From: Mobula hypostoma
Taxonomy: Eukaryota
Assembly (NCBI RefSeq): GCF_963921235.1
Contig: NC_086097.1
Location: 65,908,001-65,972,000 of the forward strand
Length of the DNA: 64,000 nt
Direction: 5' to 3'
This document shows positions 36,201 through 47,829 of this stretch, piece by piece; position 1 is the first letter of the stretch, and every line of letters starts with the position of its first letter. The position numbers and the translations under genes were made by a program. The notes beneath the pieces were generated by a model. The model saw nothing but the letters and a program-made list of their open reading frames with translations. It did not search any database and had not been told where the DNA came from.

Positions 36201-37074
36201 TGAGCTATGGATAAAGAAAGGTCTTACAACCTACCTCTCATTTATAGATAAAAGAGTATTACAAAGTTTCCAAATCCTGCAGGACAAACATGGCCTAGAA
36301 CATAATGACTTTTTTAGGTACTTTCAAATACGAAACTATGTTAACCAGAGTTGTAGATATACAGACCTATCAACAGTAGAATTAGAATTTTTCAAGATTC
36401 TGAATTCGGCTTGCAGTTCAATACCTAGTAAATCAGTTTCTCGCCTATATAATGCACTCTCCCATGCTAAAAATGTAAATACACTGTATATTAAAGAGAA
36501 GTGGGAGAAAGAAGCGGGGTTGGTACTTTCAGAGGAGGCTTGGGGGGAAATCTGCAGCTTTCAATGGTCCTCGACTAATTCTTTGACTTGGAGAGAACAT
36601 TGTTGGAAAAACATTATAAGATACTTCAAGACCCCATATCAGGAAAAATATAAAGATACAAATGTGATGTGTTGGAGAAGGTGCGGCTCCAAGGAGGCAA
36701 ATCATTTTCATATTTTCTGGGATTGCCCTAAATTAAGTCTATTTTGGGAAGGTATTCATAGAACATTAGTTAAGGTACTTAGGTCCCAGATACCTCTGAA
36801 CTTTGAGACGCTCTATTTGGGGCATGTATTGTTCCTTGAACAGAAGGAAGATATAAAGTTGCTGCAGGCCCTCTTAGCGGCAAATAAGAAATCAATCACT
36901 AGAAAATGGCTAAATCCAATACCACCTACATTAGAAGATTGGTACGAAATTATCTTGGAAATATTTAAAATGGAAAAGTTGACTTACTCCCTGAGAACTC
37001 AAAAAGAAACATTTTATCAAATCTGGAATAAATGGATTGAATATATAACCCCACTGCGAGCAGACTTTAGATGA
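33286..37074 (+). CDS. L1 ORF2p, 1262 aa: APE endonuclease, reverse transcriptase, C-terminal CCHC region
   Basis: SYNVNG, LQETH, NVYAP, GGDFN, SRIDY, SDH; KSPGSDG, YRPISVLN, LDAEKAFD, GTRQGCPISP, FADD, YLG; CWRRCG..HIFWDC. Confidence 0.95.
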   Translation: MQTELVKIISYNVNGVLNPIKRNKIMSKLKKERAQIAFLQETHMSQSEHGKLKRMGFKHVFYSSYKLSHKRGLATLISSTLNYEHISETRDKEGRFVKITGRMEGTEITLLNVYAPPGSEWSFYRHIFDLMVSSRGVVICGGDFNIRLNPILDSSRIVIQNKPLTRKVNSLMEELGIIDVWRELHPTSKDYTYYSFPHSAYSRIDYFFIFNTDRLRIKNCNIAIIDLSDHSPVSMSLILERKMRKTLWRLNSHILNNPKVMERLRGEIKEYLDLNDTGETSPVILWDTLKAVLRGKIISITTHMKKINAQKLADLQGKLKRLQVVDSNKSNSNRKQEIRKLQSEIDDIYTLETQRNFLYLRQKNYEVGGKSTRLLAYKLRKQQADNTIHKIKNPKTKIVESTIGKIQESFETYYRELYSQPRAPNEQCIDSVLNFLDLPKLTDLQNESLLEPVTVKELNVAISRLKAGKSPGSDGFTSEWYKSLKTQLAPLLLNTFNWILQRGETPPSWREAIISVIPKEGKDKLECGNYRPISVLNLDYKLFTSILARRLEKLLPGLIHLDQTGFIQQRQTQDNIRRTLHILEQVNKNETETMVVGLDAEKAFDSVSWAFLYRVLGRFGFQERFIKVIQTLYDSPTARIKINGDLSDSFILERGTRQGCPISPLLFALYIEPLAQLIRQSEIVKSIKVAGIEQKVALFADDVLVYLSEPEKSFIGLFTLLDDFGKISGYKINVKKTQVMSLNYTPSKKLQDTYDLKWEAKSLKYLGITLPKDLSTLSQVNYGPLISEIKADMHRWNLIPLLSLNSRINTIKINILPRLLYLFRTLPVEVDDNQFREWDKWISRFIWQGRKPRIRYNTLQLGKEGGGMVLPCLRNYFYASQITPLLYWCNREYKARWKEIEFGLVDSFPLQASIADKGLMAQLEKFNNAWINLTLKVWQKVVNSCGINNMLKLFRWCAYDTEFLPNRGDKRFELWIKKGLTTYLSFIDKRVLQSFQILQDKHGLEHNDFFRYFQIRNYVNQSCRYTDLSTVELEFFKILNSACSSIPSKSVSRLYNALSHAKNVNTLYIKEKWEKEAGLVLSEEAWGEICSFQWSSTNSLTWREHCWKNIIRYFKTPYQEKYKDTNVMCWRRCGSKEANHFHIFWDCPKLSLFWEGIHRTLVKVLRSQIPLNFETLYLGHVLFLEQKEDIKLLQALLAANKKSITRKWLNPIPPTLEDWYEIILEIFKMEKLTYSLRTQKETFYQIWNKWIEYITPLRADFR

Positions 37075-38980
37075 CTCTCCTAATGATTTATATTGCTCTT
37101 CTCATCAACACAGTAATATTGCTAACGTAAGCACCCCTAGTCTAAATGTTTGTTGTTTTTTTTTGGAAAATAGAGAATTAACACAAGTAAAGGGAAAGAT
37201 TTGGGAAAGGGATAAAAAAAAATGAAAAAATTAAGTAAATAAGTACATAGGGATTGGATAATTATGTCTGCGGGCAGGAACACGCACGAACAAATTGGGA
37301 TATAAACACCTACAATGGTTGGTATATAGGCTTGTATGCAACATTTTGGACCAGTGGAAATGGTCCAGAAGGGTTGTATGGAAACTATTATTACCATTTT
37401 TCTTAACAACTAATTTCATTACTTAGCCTAATAGGTTAGATTTACCACAGTACATAATTATCTATTTAAATGTTTATTTTCCTTTTATATCATCTCAATG
37501 TGTACTTAAGAATGTATAAATAATTGTAGTTTTATACATATAAAAAAATGGAAAAGGTAAAAAAAAAAGGATCGAAAAGTAATCCGGGAAATTATAGGCC
37601 AGTAAATTTAACGTCGGTGGTAGGTAAGTTATTGGAGGGAGTACTAAGAGACAGAATCTACAAGCATTTGGATAGACAGGGACTTATTAGGGAGAGTCAA
37701 CATGGCTTTGTGCGTGGTAGGTCATGTTTGACCAATCTATTGGAGTTTTTCGACGAGGTTACCAGGAAAGTGGATGAAGGGAAGGCAGTGGATATTGTCT
37801 ACATGGACTTCAGTAAGGCCTTTGACAAGGTCCCACATGGGAGGTTAGTTAGGAAAATTCAGTCGCTAGGTATACATGGAGAGGTGGTATATTGGATTAG
37901 ATATTGGCTCAATGGAAGAAGCCAAAGAGTGGTAGTAGAGAATTGCTTCTCCGAGTGGAGGCCTGTGACTAGTGGTGTGCCACAGGGATCAGTGCTGGGT
38001 CCATTGCTATTTGTCATCTATATCAATGATCTGGATGATAATGTGGTAAATTGGATCAGCAAATTTGCTGATAATACAAAGATTGGAGGTGTAGTAGACA
38101 GTGAGGAAGGTTTTCAAAGCCTGCAGAGGGACTGGGACCAGCTGGAAAAATGGGCTGAAAAATGGCAGATGGAGTTTAATACAGACAAGTGTGAGGTATT
38201 GCATGTTGGAAGGACAAACCAAGGTAGAACATACAGGGTTAATGGTAAGGCACTGAGGAGTGCAGTGGAACAGAGGGATCTGGGAATACAGATACAAAAT
38301 TCCCTAAAAGTGGCGTCACAGGTAGATAGGGTTGTAAAGAGAACTTTTGGTACATTGGCCTTTATTAATCAAAGTATTGAGTATAAGAGCTGGAATGTTA
38401 TGATGAGGTTGTATAAGGCATTGGTGAGGCCGAATCTGGAGTATTGTGTTTAGTTTTGGTCACCAAATTACAGGAAGGATAGAAATAAGGTTGAAAGAGT
38501 GCAGAGAAGGTTTACAAGGATGTTGCCGGGACTTGAGAAACTTAGTTACAGAGAAAGGTTGAATAGGTTAGGACTTTATTCCCTGGAGCGTAGAAGAATG
38601 AGGGGAGATTTGATAGAGGTATATAAAATTATGATGGGTATAGATAGAGTGAATGCAAGCAGGCTTTTTCCACTGAGGCAAGGGGAGAAAAAAACCAGAG
38701 GACATGGGTTAGGGGTGAGGGGGGAAAAGTTTAAAGGGAACATTAGGGGGGGCTTCTTCACACAGAGAGTGGTGGGAGTATGGGATGAGCTGCCAGACGA
38801 GGTGGTAAATGCGGGTTCTTTTTTAACATTTAAGAATAAATTGGACAGATACATGGATGGGAGGTGTATGGAGGGATATGGTCCGTGTGCAGGTCATTGG
38901 GACTAGGCAGAAAATGGTTCGGCACAGCCAAGAAGGGCCAAAAAGGCCTGTTTCTGTGCTGTAGTTTCTATGGTTCAATG

Positions 38981-39297
38981 GTCTCGCACCCACTACATAA
39001 TGTACTGGTTGGGCACAAGAGTACATTCAGCCAGAGACTCATTCCACCGAAATGCAACACAGAGCGTCATAGGAAGTCATTCCTGCCTGTGGCCATCAAA
39101 CTTTACAACTCCTCTCTTAGAGAGTCAGACACCTTGAGCCAATAGGCTGGTCCTGGACTTATTTCCTGGCATAATTTACATATTACTATTTAATTCTTTA
39201 TGGTTTTATTACTATAATTATTTATGGTGCAACTGCAACGAAAACCAATTTCCCCCGGGATCAATAAAGTATGACTATGACTATGACTATGACTATG
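38981..39297 (+). mobile_element. 3' end of Rex1/Babar-type LINE with (TATGAC)n tail
   Basis: HPLH..TERHRKSFLPVAIKLYN C-terminus; AATAAAG(TATGAC)n; second copy at 46631-46834. Confidence 0.8.
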
Positions 39298-42200
39298 AGG
39301 TGTTATGTAGTTAAACCATTTTTCCCAGTATGAATCAAATTGTTCCAACTTATGATTAACAGATGCTGTTATCTTCTGCATTTTGTAAATGTCAATTAAT
39401 TTCCATCCATACATTTAAAGTTGGGCTCTCCTGTGATAACCATTTCCTGGTAAGGGTCTTTTTACCAGCCACCAGCAGTATGTTCATTAAATATTTATCT
39501 CTTTTCAACCATTCTTGAGGTATATACCCAAAATATATGGACTTACTTTCTAAGGGTATTTCACATTTAAAGATATCTTGCAGGGCATTGTGTTATCCAC
39601 TCCAATAATCTTTGATACGGGACATTCCCAGAAAATATGATAATATGCATTTTGATTTCCACAATTTCTCCAGCAAACAGGGAGGTTACTATCTTAATGG
39701 GATTTCTGAGAGAGTATAATAAAATATCTCATCAAGTTTTTCCACCTGAACTCCCTCCATTTCTGTGACTGGTATGCTTTTTATTTATAATGTCGAGACT
39801 TCACTACCTCCTGTGCTTTCTCTACTTTCTTGTTTTTGCCAATTTTCAGGATACAAACTGAATTTACGTAAGAGTAAACTTTTTCCTCTGAATAATTTGT
39901 TATCAATTAATATTAACCTTCCTTCTAAAATTGTAAGAAATCAATTTATCTATTTGGGTGTAATAATTACCACGAATTATAAATACCTATTTAATGAAAG
40001 TTTTCTTACCTTACTGAATTTTGTAAGAAGGACACTATCGAACTGGTCGACTTTTTCGTTATCCTTGATTGGCCAAATCAGCTCTATTAAAATGAACATT
40101 TTACCTAAATTTATATACCTTTTCAGGCATTACCGTTTTTATTCCTAAATCTTTTTTTAATTCTCTCAATTCTATTATATTTTCTTATATATGGAAAAAC
40201 AAACATTCTTGACTAAATAAAGTTCACCTTCAAAAATCTAATAAGAATGGAGGTTTAGCTTTACTAAATTTTAGGTTTTATTATTGGGCAGTCAATATAC
40301 GAAATCTTACGTTTTGGACATATTATATTAACCGTGAAGACTGTCCGATATGGGTTTCTTTAGAAGCTAACTCTGTTAATAAAGTTTCTATTATTTCTCT
40401 TCTCGAATCCTCACTCACTTTATCTTTAGTAAACTAACTGAAAATTTGGTAGTTAAACATACTTCGAGGATCTGGGTACAAACCTTCGATGACCAATTCA
40501 GTTTTTAAAGAATGGGATAGATTGAGTATTAAATACTTCCAGGATTTATTTGTTGGAGGAAATCTTCTTTCGTTTGAGCAAATGTCAGCTAAATATAGTT
40601 TACCCAAAACTCACTTTTTTCATTATTTACAAATTAGAGACTTTCTGCATTCTCAACTATATACAGTTTCTCTAAGTTCCAGTAAGGACTTATTAGATGT
40701 CATTTTTAATTTGAAACCTTTTTATAATGGTTCAATATCCAATATTTATGGTATGTTGCTAGGAGTGAGAAATGCTCCTATAGACAAAATTAAAAATCTT
40801 TGGGCACAAGATTTACAGACTTCAATCTCTGAGGAAACTTGGAATGAAATGTTTTAATTGGTTAACACTTCATCGTTATATGCCCGTCATTCCCTCTTAC
40901 AATTTAAAGTGGTTCATAGGGCTCACATATCTAAAGATAAGTTATCTCATTTTTATTCGGATATATCTCCTTTCTGTGATAGATGTAATAATGGAGAAGC
41001 TTCATTAGTTCACATGTTTTGGACATGTCCGAGCCCTAAAAGATACTGGAAGGAAGTATTCCAAACTTTCTCAGTACTTTTCAAGGTAAATTTTAAGCCT
41101 AACCCTTTGACTGCATTATTTGGTATTGTTGGAGGAAAAGACTTTATTTTGGAGATACCTGACTTGCATATTTTGGCTTTTATTTCTGTTATAGCTAAGA
41201 GGGCGCTCTTGCTTAAATGGAAGGATGCTGTTCTGCCTACTCAGGCTCAATGGTTACGTGATGTTATGTCATGCTTAAATTTAGAGAAGATCCATTGTTC
41301 AGTTTTTGAATCTAGCCAAGACTTTTATACATTGTGGGGACCATTTTTGAATTATTTTCAAAACCTTTGATTTGTTGTAAAAGTACAGATGGTGGCTAAT
41401 AATATATTTTATTATATGATCAGGGTTTTTTTCCCTTTTTTCTTGCTTTTCCTAACAGCTCCGACTTTGGTAGTGGGTTTAGATTTTCTTTTTCTGTATA
41501 ACAAAATTATTATATTTCAATATTACGATTTAATTTAATTTTTATGAATACAGGGTTTTGTGATTGTAACCGTACTTTAATACAATGTATTTGGTACTAT
41601 TTTATTTTTTTCTTTTGACTTATAATATATATCTTCTTGTACTCTGTATTCTTCTATGCAGAAACAAATAAAAATATTGAAAGAGAAAGTCATGCCCTGC
41701 CTTTGGTGTTGACTACATTTACCAAATACCTGCCCAATGTGTCATGGTGACTGGAAGTCTAAATCACTGGCAGGACTCACTACTGAACTGGATGACAACA
41801 AGTATTTGATGAAAATGTGGGTGCTGCAGAAACTACCTGTTGACATGATTCTAGAAAGAGATTTGCCTGTTACATGAGCTACTGAGAAAGGGTAATAACC
41901 AATTATAACCATCTGTTACTCCAGGTGGAGACTATTTTGTCATGACTTGTGTTAAAACCAAAGCAATGGCCGGGTTACAATCTCTGCCTGACTTGGATGC
42001 TATTCTGTGCAAGCGAGAAACTAAAGGGTCTAGGTAGTCACTCCAGCAATGGCCTTGAGAAATATGCCAGTTCTCCTGCCTCTGTTAAGATTTGTACAGA
42101 TAATGTACTCATTGATGATGATATTGAAGGGATGTTAAATGCGATGTACCAATGAGTAAATTGTTAAAAAAAGGTTGAAATTTCTATGCAAATCTTTCGT

Positions 42201-42399
42201 TGAGTGACTGTATGTAGTATGATTTTACCTAAAATTGACTGTTTCATTCCACTTGACATTGGGCAGATAAGGGGTAAAATAGACTTTACCCAAGTCACAG
42301 TGGACAGGCATGGATGTATCTGAAAAGTAAGATTTATTTATGCCAAAGCTGTATATAGAAGAGTACAGCTCAGTACGGGCCCCTTGGCCAACCACTATA

Positions 42400-44880
42400 A
42401 GCCTGCTCCACAATCAATATAACCTTTCCCTCATACACAACCCATAATCCTCCACTTTTCTTACATCCATATGCCTATCTAAGAGTATCTTACATGTCGC
42501 TATTGTATCAGCATCTACCATCACCAGCAACAGTGTGTTCCTGGCACTCATCACTCTGTGTAGGAAACCACTTCAGACATCTCCCCTAAAACTTTACTCT
42601 ACTCACCTTAAACAGATTATCTCTGGTATCAGCCATTGCTGTCCTGGGAAAAAAGCGCCAGCTCTGCGCTCTGTCTATGCCTCTCATAATCTTATATGTC
42701 TACCAAGCAATTGCTCATCATCCATCATTCCAAAAAGGAAAGCTAAAGCTCACTCTACCTTTCTTCATAAGACATGTTCTCTAATCCAGGTAGTTTCCTG
42801 GTAAATTTCCTCTGCATCCTCTCTAAACCTTCCATATCCTTCCTGTAGTGAGGTGACTATAACTGAACACAATACTCCAAGTGTGGTCTAACGAGTTTTA
42901 TAGAGCTACAACATTCCCTCAAGGCTCTTGAACAATCCCCCAACTAATGAAGGCCAGCATTCCATATACCACCTTAGCCACCCGATTAATTTGCACAACA
43001 TTTTGAGAGATATATAGACCTGGATCCCAAGATCATTTATTCCTCCTCACTGCTAAGAATCCTGCAGTTAACCTTGTTGTCTGCCTTCAAGTTTATTGAA
43101 CTCCATCTGCCACTTCTCAACTTAACTCTGCATCCTTTCTATATCCCATTGTAAACTACAGAAACGTTCTACACTATGTATAACACCTCCGACCTCTATG
43201 TCATCTGAAAACTAACTAACCCATACACACCCTCTGAAAGCCATGCTGTCTATACCTAATAAGATGTTGCTTCTCCAAATGCCCATAAATCCTGTCCCCT
43301 AAGAATACTCTCTGATAGTTGTCCCACCACTGACGAGACGTACTGCTCTATAGTTCCCAGGGTTATCCCTATAACTTTTCTTGAACAATGAAACAACATT
43401 TGCCATCTTCCAAACAGATCATCATCAACAAACCTTTCCCTTGCTTCCTGTATTAACCTTAGGTATATCCCATTCAGCCCTGGAGACTTAACTCATGTTT
43501 TTCAGAAGCTCCAACACTATTCTTTCTTAATCTCAGCATGCTGCATTATATTAGCCTGTTCTGCCCTGACCATAAAGTCCATCTTCCTGAAGAAAAAGAT
43601 TCACTAAAGACTTTGCCTACCTTCTTCGTCTTCAGGCACAGGTTTCCCTCTTTATTTGTGATCAGTCCTACTCTCACACTTGTTATCCATGTGCATGTAG
43701 AGCACCTTGGTGTTTTCCATACTCTTGCTTGGAAAATTTTTCATGTCCGCTTCTAGCTCTCCTCAGTCCATGCTTAAGATCCTTTCTGACTACCTTGTAA
43801 CTCTGTATGTCTGATCCTTGCTTCTAAAACCTTAGATATTTGCTTTCTTCCTTTTGACTAGATGTTCTTCCTCTTGCCAACCATGATTCCTTCACCCTAC
43901 CATCGTTTTCCTGTCTCAGTGGGTCAGATCTATGCAGAACCCCACGCAAGTCATCCCTTAGCAGAAAGTGGTGGCTGTGTGGAATGCACTGCCAGCGAAG
44001 GTGGTAGAGGTGGATACAATAGGGTTTTTCAAAGAAACTTTCAGATAGGTACATGGAGCTTAGAAAAATAGAGGGCTATGCGGTAGGGAAATTCTAGGTA
44101 GTTTCTAGAGTGGCTACATGGTTAGCACAACATTGTGGGCTGAAGGGCCTGTAATGTGCTGTAGATTTCTATGTTCCTATGTTAAACAACCTCAACATTC
44201 CTGCTGTGTAATTCCCTGAGAACATCTATTCCCAATTATGCTCACAAGATCCTGCCTAATACCATCATAATTAGCACTCCCCCAATTAAGTACTTTCCCA
44301 TATTGTCCTCTCCTATACTTGGCCAAGGCTATGCAGCTTAGGGAATGTAGTCACTATCTCCAGAATGCTTGCCCATCAAGAGAACTGTCATCTGACCAAG
44401 TTCATTGTCTTGTTCTAGATCCAACATGGCCTGTCTGTGTACACTGTCTGAATCCTTCCTGGACACACTTAACTAACTGTGCCCCATCGAAACATTTAGG
44501 AATAAATAAGGATAAATATTTAGGAAGTTGAAGTCCCTCATGACAACAATCCTGTCATTTTTGCACCTTTCCAAAATTTGCCTGTTTATCTGCTCCTCAG
44601 TTCCAGTGACTACTAAGGGGTCTACAGACTACTCCCAATAGAGTGATTGTTTCCTTCCTTCCTATTTCTGGCTTCAACCTATACTGACTCAGTAGGTGAT
44701 CCTTCCACGATCTGCAGCTGTGATACTAACACTGATTAGTAATGCACTCGCCTCCCCCCCACCCGGTTTCTTATCTCCTTCCCTATCCCTTTAGTTCCAG
44801 GTACCTATCCATGCTCTAAGCCCTTCAACCGTATTCTTAATACTTCTCCTATTAAAGTAAACACATTTCAACCCATCCAA
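42400..44880 (-). mobile_element. Degraded CR1 LINE with internal deletions
   Basis: Homologous to 1401-4700 (LVRPHLEYCVQ, WQMEFN and EN-region remnants). Confidence 0.75.
43960..44182 (+). mobile_element. CR1 3' end nested in opposite orientation
   Basis: tggaatgcactgccagcg..ggatacaataggg..tttctatgttcctatg tail; similar to 48200-48410. Confidence 0.8.
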
Positions 44881-46326
44881 CTAACTGCATTTAATCCTGA
44901 TCGACGGTCCATCTTTCCTCACAGTTTCTGTATATTGCATCTATCTTTGCACCAACTGCTCAATCGTGTTATATATTTTCCATCTGCCTTCATAGATCTA
45001 TAAACCAGATTGACTTGGTATGTTATATTATATTTTTATGTGCAATCTTGTTTGTTATATTATGACTTGACAATGTAACATTTAAACATTTCTCATTTTC
45101 TCACTTCTAATTATTTCAGCTATGAGTCGACTGCAGCAGGTACTGGAATAAGTAAATGATTTCTTTCAATTTGAAGAATATGTCTTCAAAAACATTTTCA
45201 GCTGATTTGGAATAAACAAGGAAACTTAAAAGACTGAAGTTGCATCATTAAAATGAGTCACGGCTTAATGGTGTTGTAGTTGAGCGATAATTAGCTACAA
45301 ATCAGAAATCAAGATATTTAGTTGGCATTTAATATTCAATACATTTAGAATAAACATCATGCTATGATAATTGACAATCAATTCATGTTTACAGACATTA
45401 TTTACAATGTATTGCTTCTGTAAGATTTCTGTCCTTGTCTCCTCTAATATTTACATGACCTATTTCACAGTTAATATTGTTCAATAGATTAGCATAGTAT
45501 GAATGATATTACACACGTGATTTAGTTTTAACAATCCCTAATGACCCAATGCTGCATATAAGCATGTGATGTTTTTAATAATTAAAACAATTGGCCTACT
45601 AATTATGGAACTCCATTATGACACTTTAACACCACTACTGTAGACTTCTCCATGATTTTAATGATGCAATTTTATGATAACTTCCTGGTCACCCTCTGCT
45701 TTGAAGTAAATGTCTAAATTATTTCACTCTTTTTTGTGGTAGTATTATATGTGTACTCTCACTATCAAGTAGAAATTGTTTTCCCAGTTACCTAGATTGT
45801 CTGTCACAATTTGAAATACCTCTATCGAAATTTTCTTCCTTGAGTCTCTTCATAATGAAAACATCTACTGAAATTTGTTTAAGGAAGTAACCATAGTTAT
45901 GAAGAAGAGTGACGTGCTCAAAAGATCAATAAATGAAGCTCAGTGGGTTGAACCAAGTCAGTTACAATGCCCTGATTGAGCTCTAAAATCCAGTCAAAAG
46001 CAGAATCGAGCAAATCTACAAATCAATTGCAGAAAAGTGCAAAGCTGAAAAGGAAGTGATCCCAAGGTATTTCAAATCTCTTAATACTAACTGGACTGTA
46101 GCAGTAAATTACTGTGTATAGAAGGTGTAGATATATAACAGATATAGAATTTCCCTCAAACAGTATGTTGCATGCTCAACAAGAGAAGCAGCAATTGGGA
46201 GGAAATGGTCATATGATTTAACAATGTTTCAAAAATGAACAAATATAAACCAGAAGTAAAACTAAACTGGAGCAAGATGATATCAAGCAGTAGTAAATCA
46301 AGGCAATTGGACTTGCAGTAGTGTCT

Positions 46327-46368
46327 AGAAGACATTTCACCACTCATCCAAGAGGCTTCTTCAGTTCT
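46327..46368 (-). ncRNA. Hammerhead ribozyme motif, partly decayed
   Basis: agaa CTGAAGA agcctcttggatgagtggt GAAA T GTC ttct. Confidence 0.65.
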
Positions 46369-46630
46369 GAACCATAGTGAGTAATTTTCCAGCTTGTCAA
46401 CTCTGTGAGTTGTTTAAAGGTACAGCAATCACATGAGGGTCATTAGGAGTCATAGAGGTAATGAAAGGGTCATTAGTCTTATCTTTGCATGAATGGAGAT
46501 GTGAACTGTTGTGGAGACGCTAGGTTAGAGATGTTAGGACTGCATTGTAAGTAGCTGATAGGTGTTGTGCAATCCCACCCCCTCTGTTCATAAGCCAGAA
46601 AACTACCCCCCATGGATCAGAACTGAAGAA

Positions 46631-46834
46631 GCCATCGAACTTTACAACTCCTCCCTTGCAGGGTCAGACACCCTGAGCCAATAGGCTGGTCCTGGACTTA
46701 CTTCATAATATACTGGCATAATTTACATATTACTGTTTAACTATTTATGGTTCTATTACTATTTATTATTTATGGTGCAACTGCAACGAAAACCAATTTC
46801 CCCCAGGATCAATAAAGTATGACTATGACTATGA
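46631..46834 (+). mobile_element. Rex1-type 3' fragment with (TATGAC)n tail inserted in the pLTR
   Basis: Near-identical to 39092-39297. Confidence 0.85.
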
Positions 46835-47829
46835 ATTGAGTGGTGAAATGTCTTCTAGACAACACAGCAAGTCAGTTGCCTTGATTTACTACTGCTTGAT
46901 ATACAATGACCTGCGTGACTGAGAACCTTAATAGACATGGTGCAAGGCCAATTTTAGTAGCCTGGTATTTGTTTTATCATACGTGGCTGTCAGGAAAAGA
47001 TAATGAGGATTCAGATCAAATATGCTTCCAATAATAGAAAAGGAGGTTTTCAGCGATATTAAGGAACATATAGTATGTGACAAATGAGGAATCATCACAA
47101 TTACCCAGGGCTCATCACTATGGAAAGTCTAGAAGAATGAGAAATTAAAAAGGAAAGAGGATTCAGAAAAAAAAGTATAACATCAAGGAAAACCATAACA
47201 CATTTTGTAAAGACAGTGCAGTACATGAAGGTCTGGTTACCAAAGAGGTATACTAAGTTGGAAACCAGGTGACTTGTGTAGTTGAGAATAAATAATACTC
47301 ATTGATCTTCACAGAAAAGGAGAAATTATATATATTGACATTAAGAAGGAAGAAAGGAGACCAACATCTTCAAAAGCAAATAACTGACTGTGGCTTAGAT
47401 ATCTCAGGATCCAAAAAGAAGCAAAGGAGTATATCATGCAAATTTTATCATTTTCTAATGTTTGACTACAGGATAGTATAAATGCACTGTGATTGAAATA
47501 ACAACAAGGCTAACCATGTATTACAAGCAGATTAATTAAGAATGTAAAAATCCATGGAATTGATGAGAAAATGGCAAGTTGCACTAAAAATAGATTTAGT
47601 AGCATAAAACAAAGATAATAATGAACAAGAGTTTTAGTAACTGGAAGGTGGTGTGTGGTGGGGCATCACAGAATGTAGGAGTTTACTGTATACTGTTTGT
47701 CAAGGATTCAGTTGCAAAGAGGGGTGTTTAGCCCAGGTCTTGGAGTTTGGAGATGAATTTGCTTGGAATTGTAGTATTGAAGCTGGAGCTATGGTCAATA
47801 AACCATAAAATCTTTACTGCCCAAAGTTT

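Larger units (their letters stand above)
32636..37562 (+). mobile_element. L1-clade LINE D, young, 5'-truncated inside ORF1
   Basis: 14-bp TSD AAAAAAGGATCGAA (32622-32635, 37563-37576) at a TTTT/AAAA site; ORF1 C-terminus, spacer, ORF2, 3' UTR, A-rich tail. Confidence 0.95.
31771..38980 (+). mobile_element. Young CR1 LINE (pieces 31771-32635 and 37563-38980)
   Basis: Long open frames with DKSPGPD, PGNYRPVNLTSVV, SQHGFVRGRSCLTNL, GVPQGSVLGPLLF, FADNTK; tail tttctatggttcaatggt. Confidence 0.92.
31542..39774 (-). mobile_element. L1-clade LINE B, 3' fragment (pieces 31542-31770 and 39298-39774)
   Basis: T-rich tail on + strand; CWRNCG..HIFWECP and YWEKWFNYITPH C-terminus; 12-bp TSD TGCTTTTTATTT (31530-31541, 39775-39786). 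Confidence 0.85.
29439..41685 (+). mobile_element. L1-clade LINE A, 5'-truncated and degraded (pieces 29439-29829, 31316-31541, 39775-41685)
   Basis: YRPISLLN, DQTGFI, SLDAEKAFD, RGTRQGCPLS, FYADDLLLF, SGYKLN, CDRC..HMFWTC; AATAAA and A-rich end; 11-bp TSD AAAGTCATGCC (29428-29438, 41686-41696). Confidence 0.9.
28142..42100 (+). mobile_element. Degraded Gmr1-like Gypsy LTR retrotransposon (gag-SCAN-protease), split by a 12-kb nested insertion
   Basis: Gag F.RMA...WP..DWA..L.PLL.GKA, SCAN-like ISPETY..F..ESP.E..IILEQLLQVLPPDTRTWV; protease ALLDSG at ~29390 resumes after 41696 (LPVDMIL.RDL). Confidence 0.8.
46279..46937 (-). mobile_element. Second Penelope-like family: ORF C-terminus plus pLTR, with an inverted pLTR copy
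   Basis: Minus NRGGG..HLSATYNAVLTSL (46590-46520); inverted arms 46279-46370 vs 46617-46633 plus 46835-46902; CTGAAGA..GAAA hammerhead cores. Confidence 0.8.
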
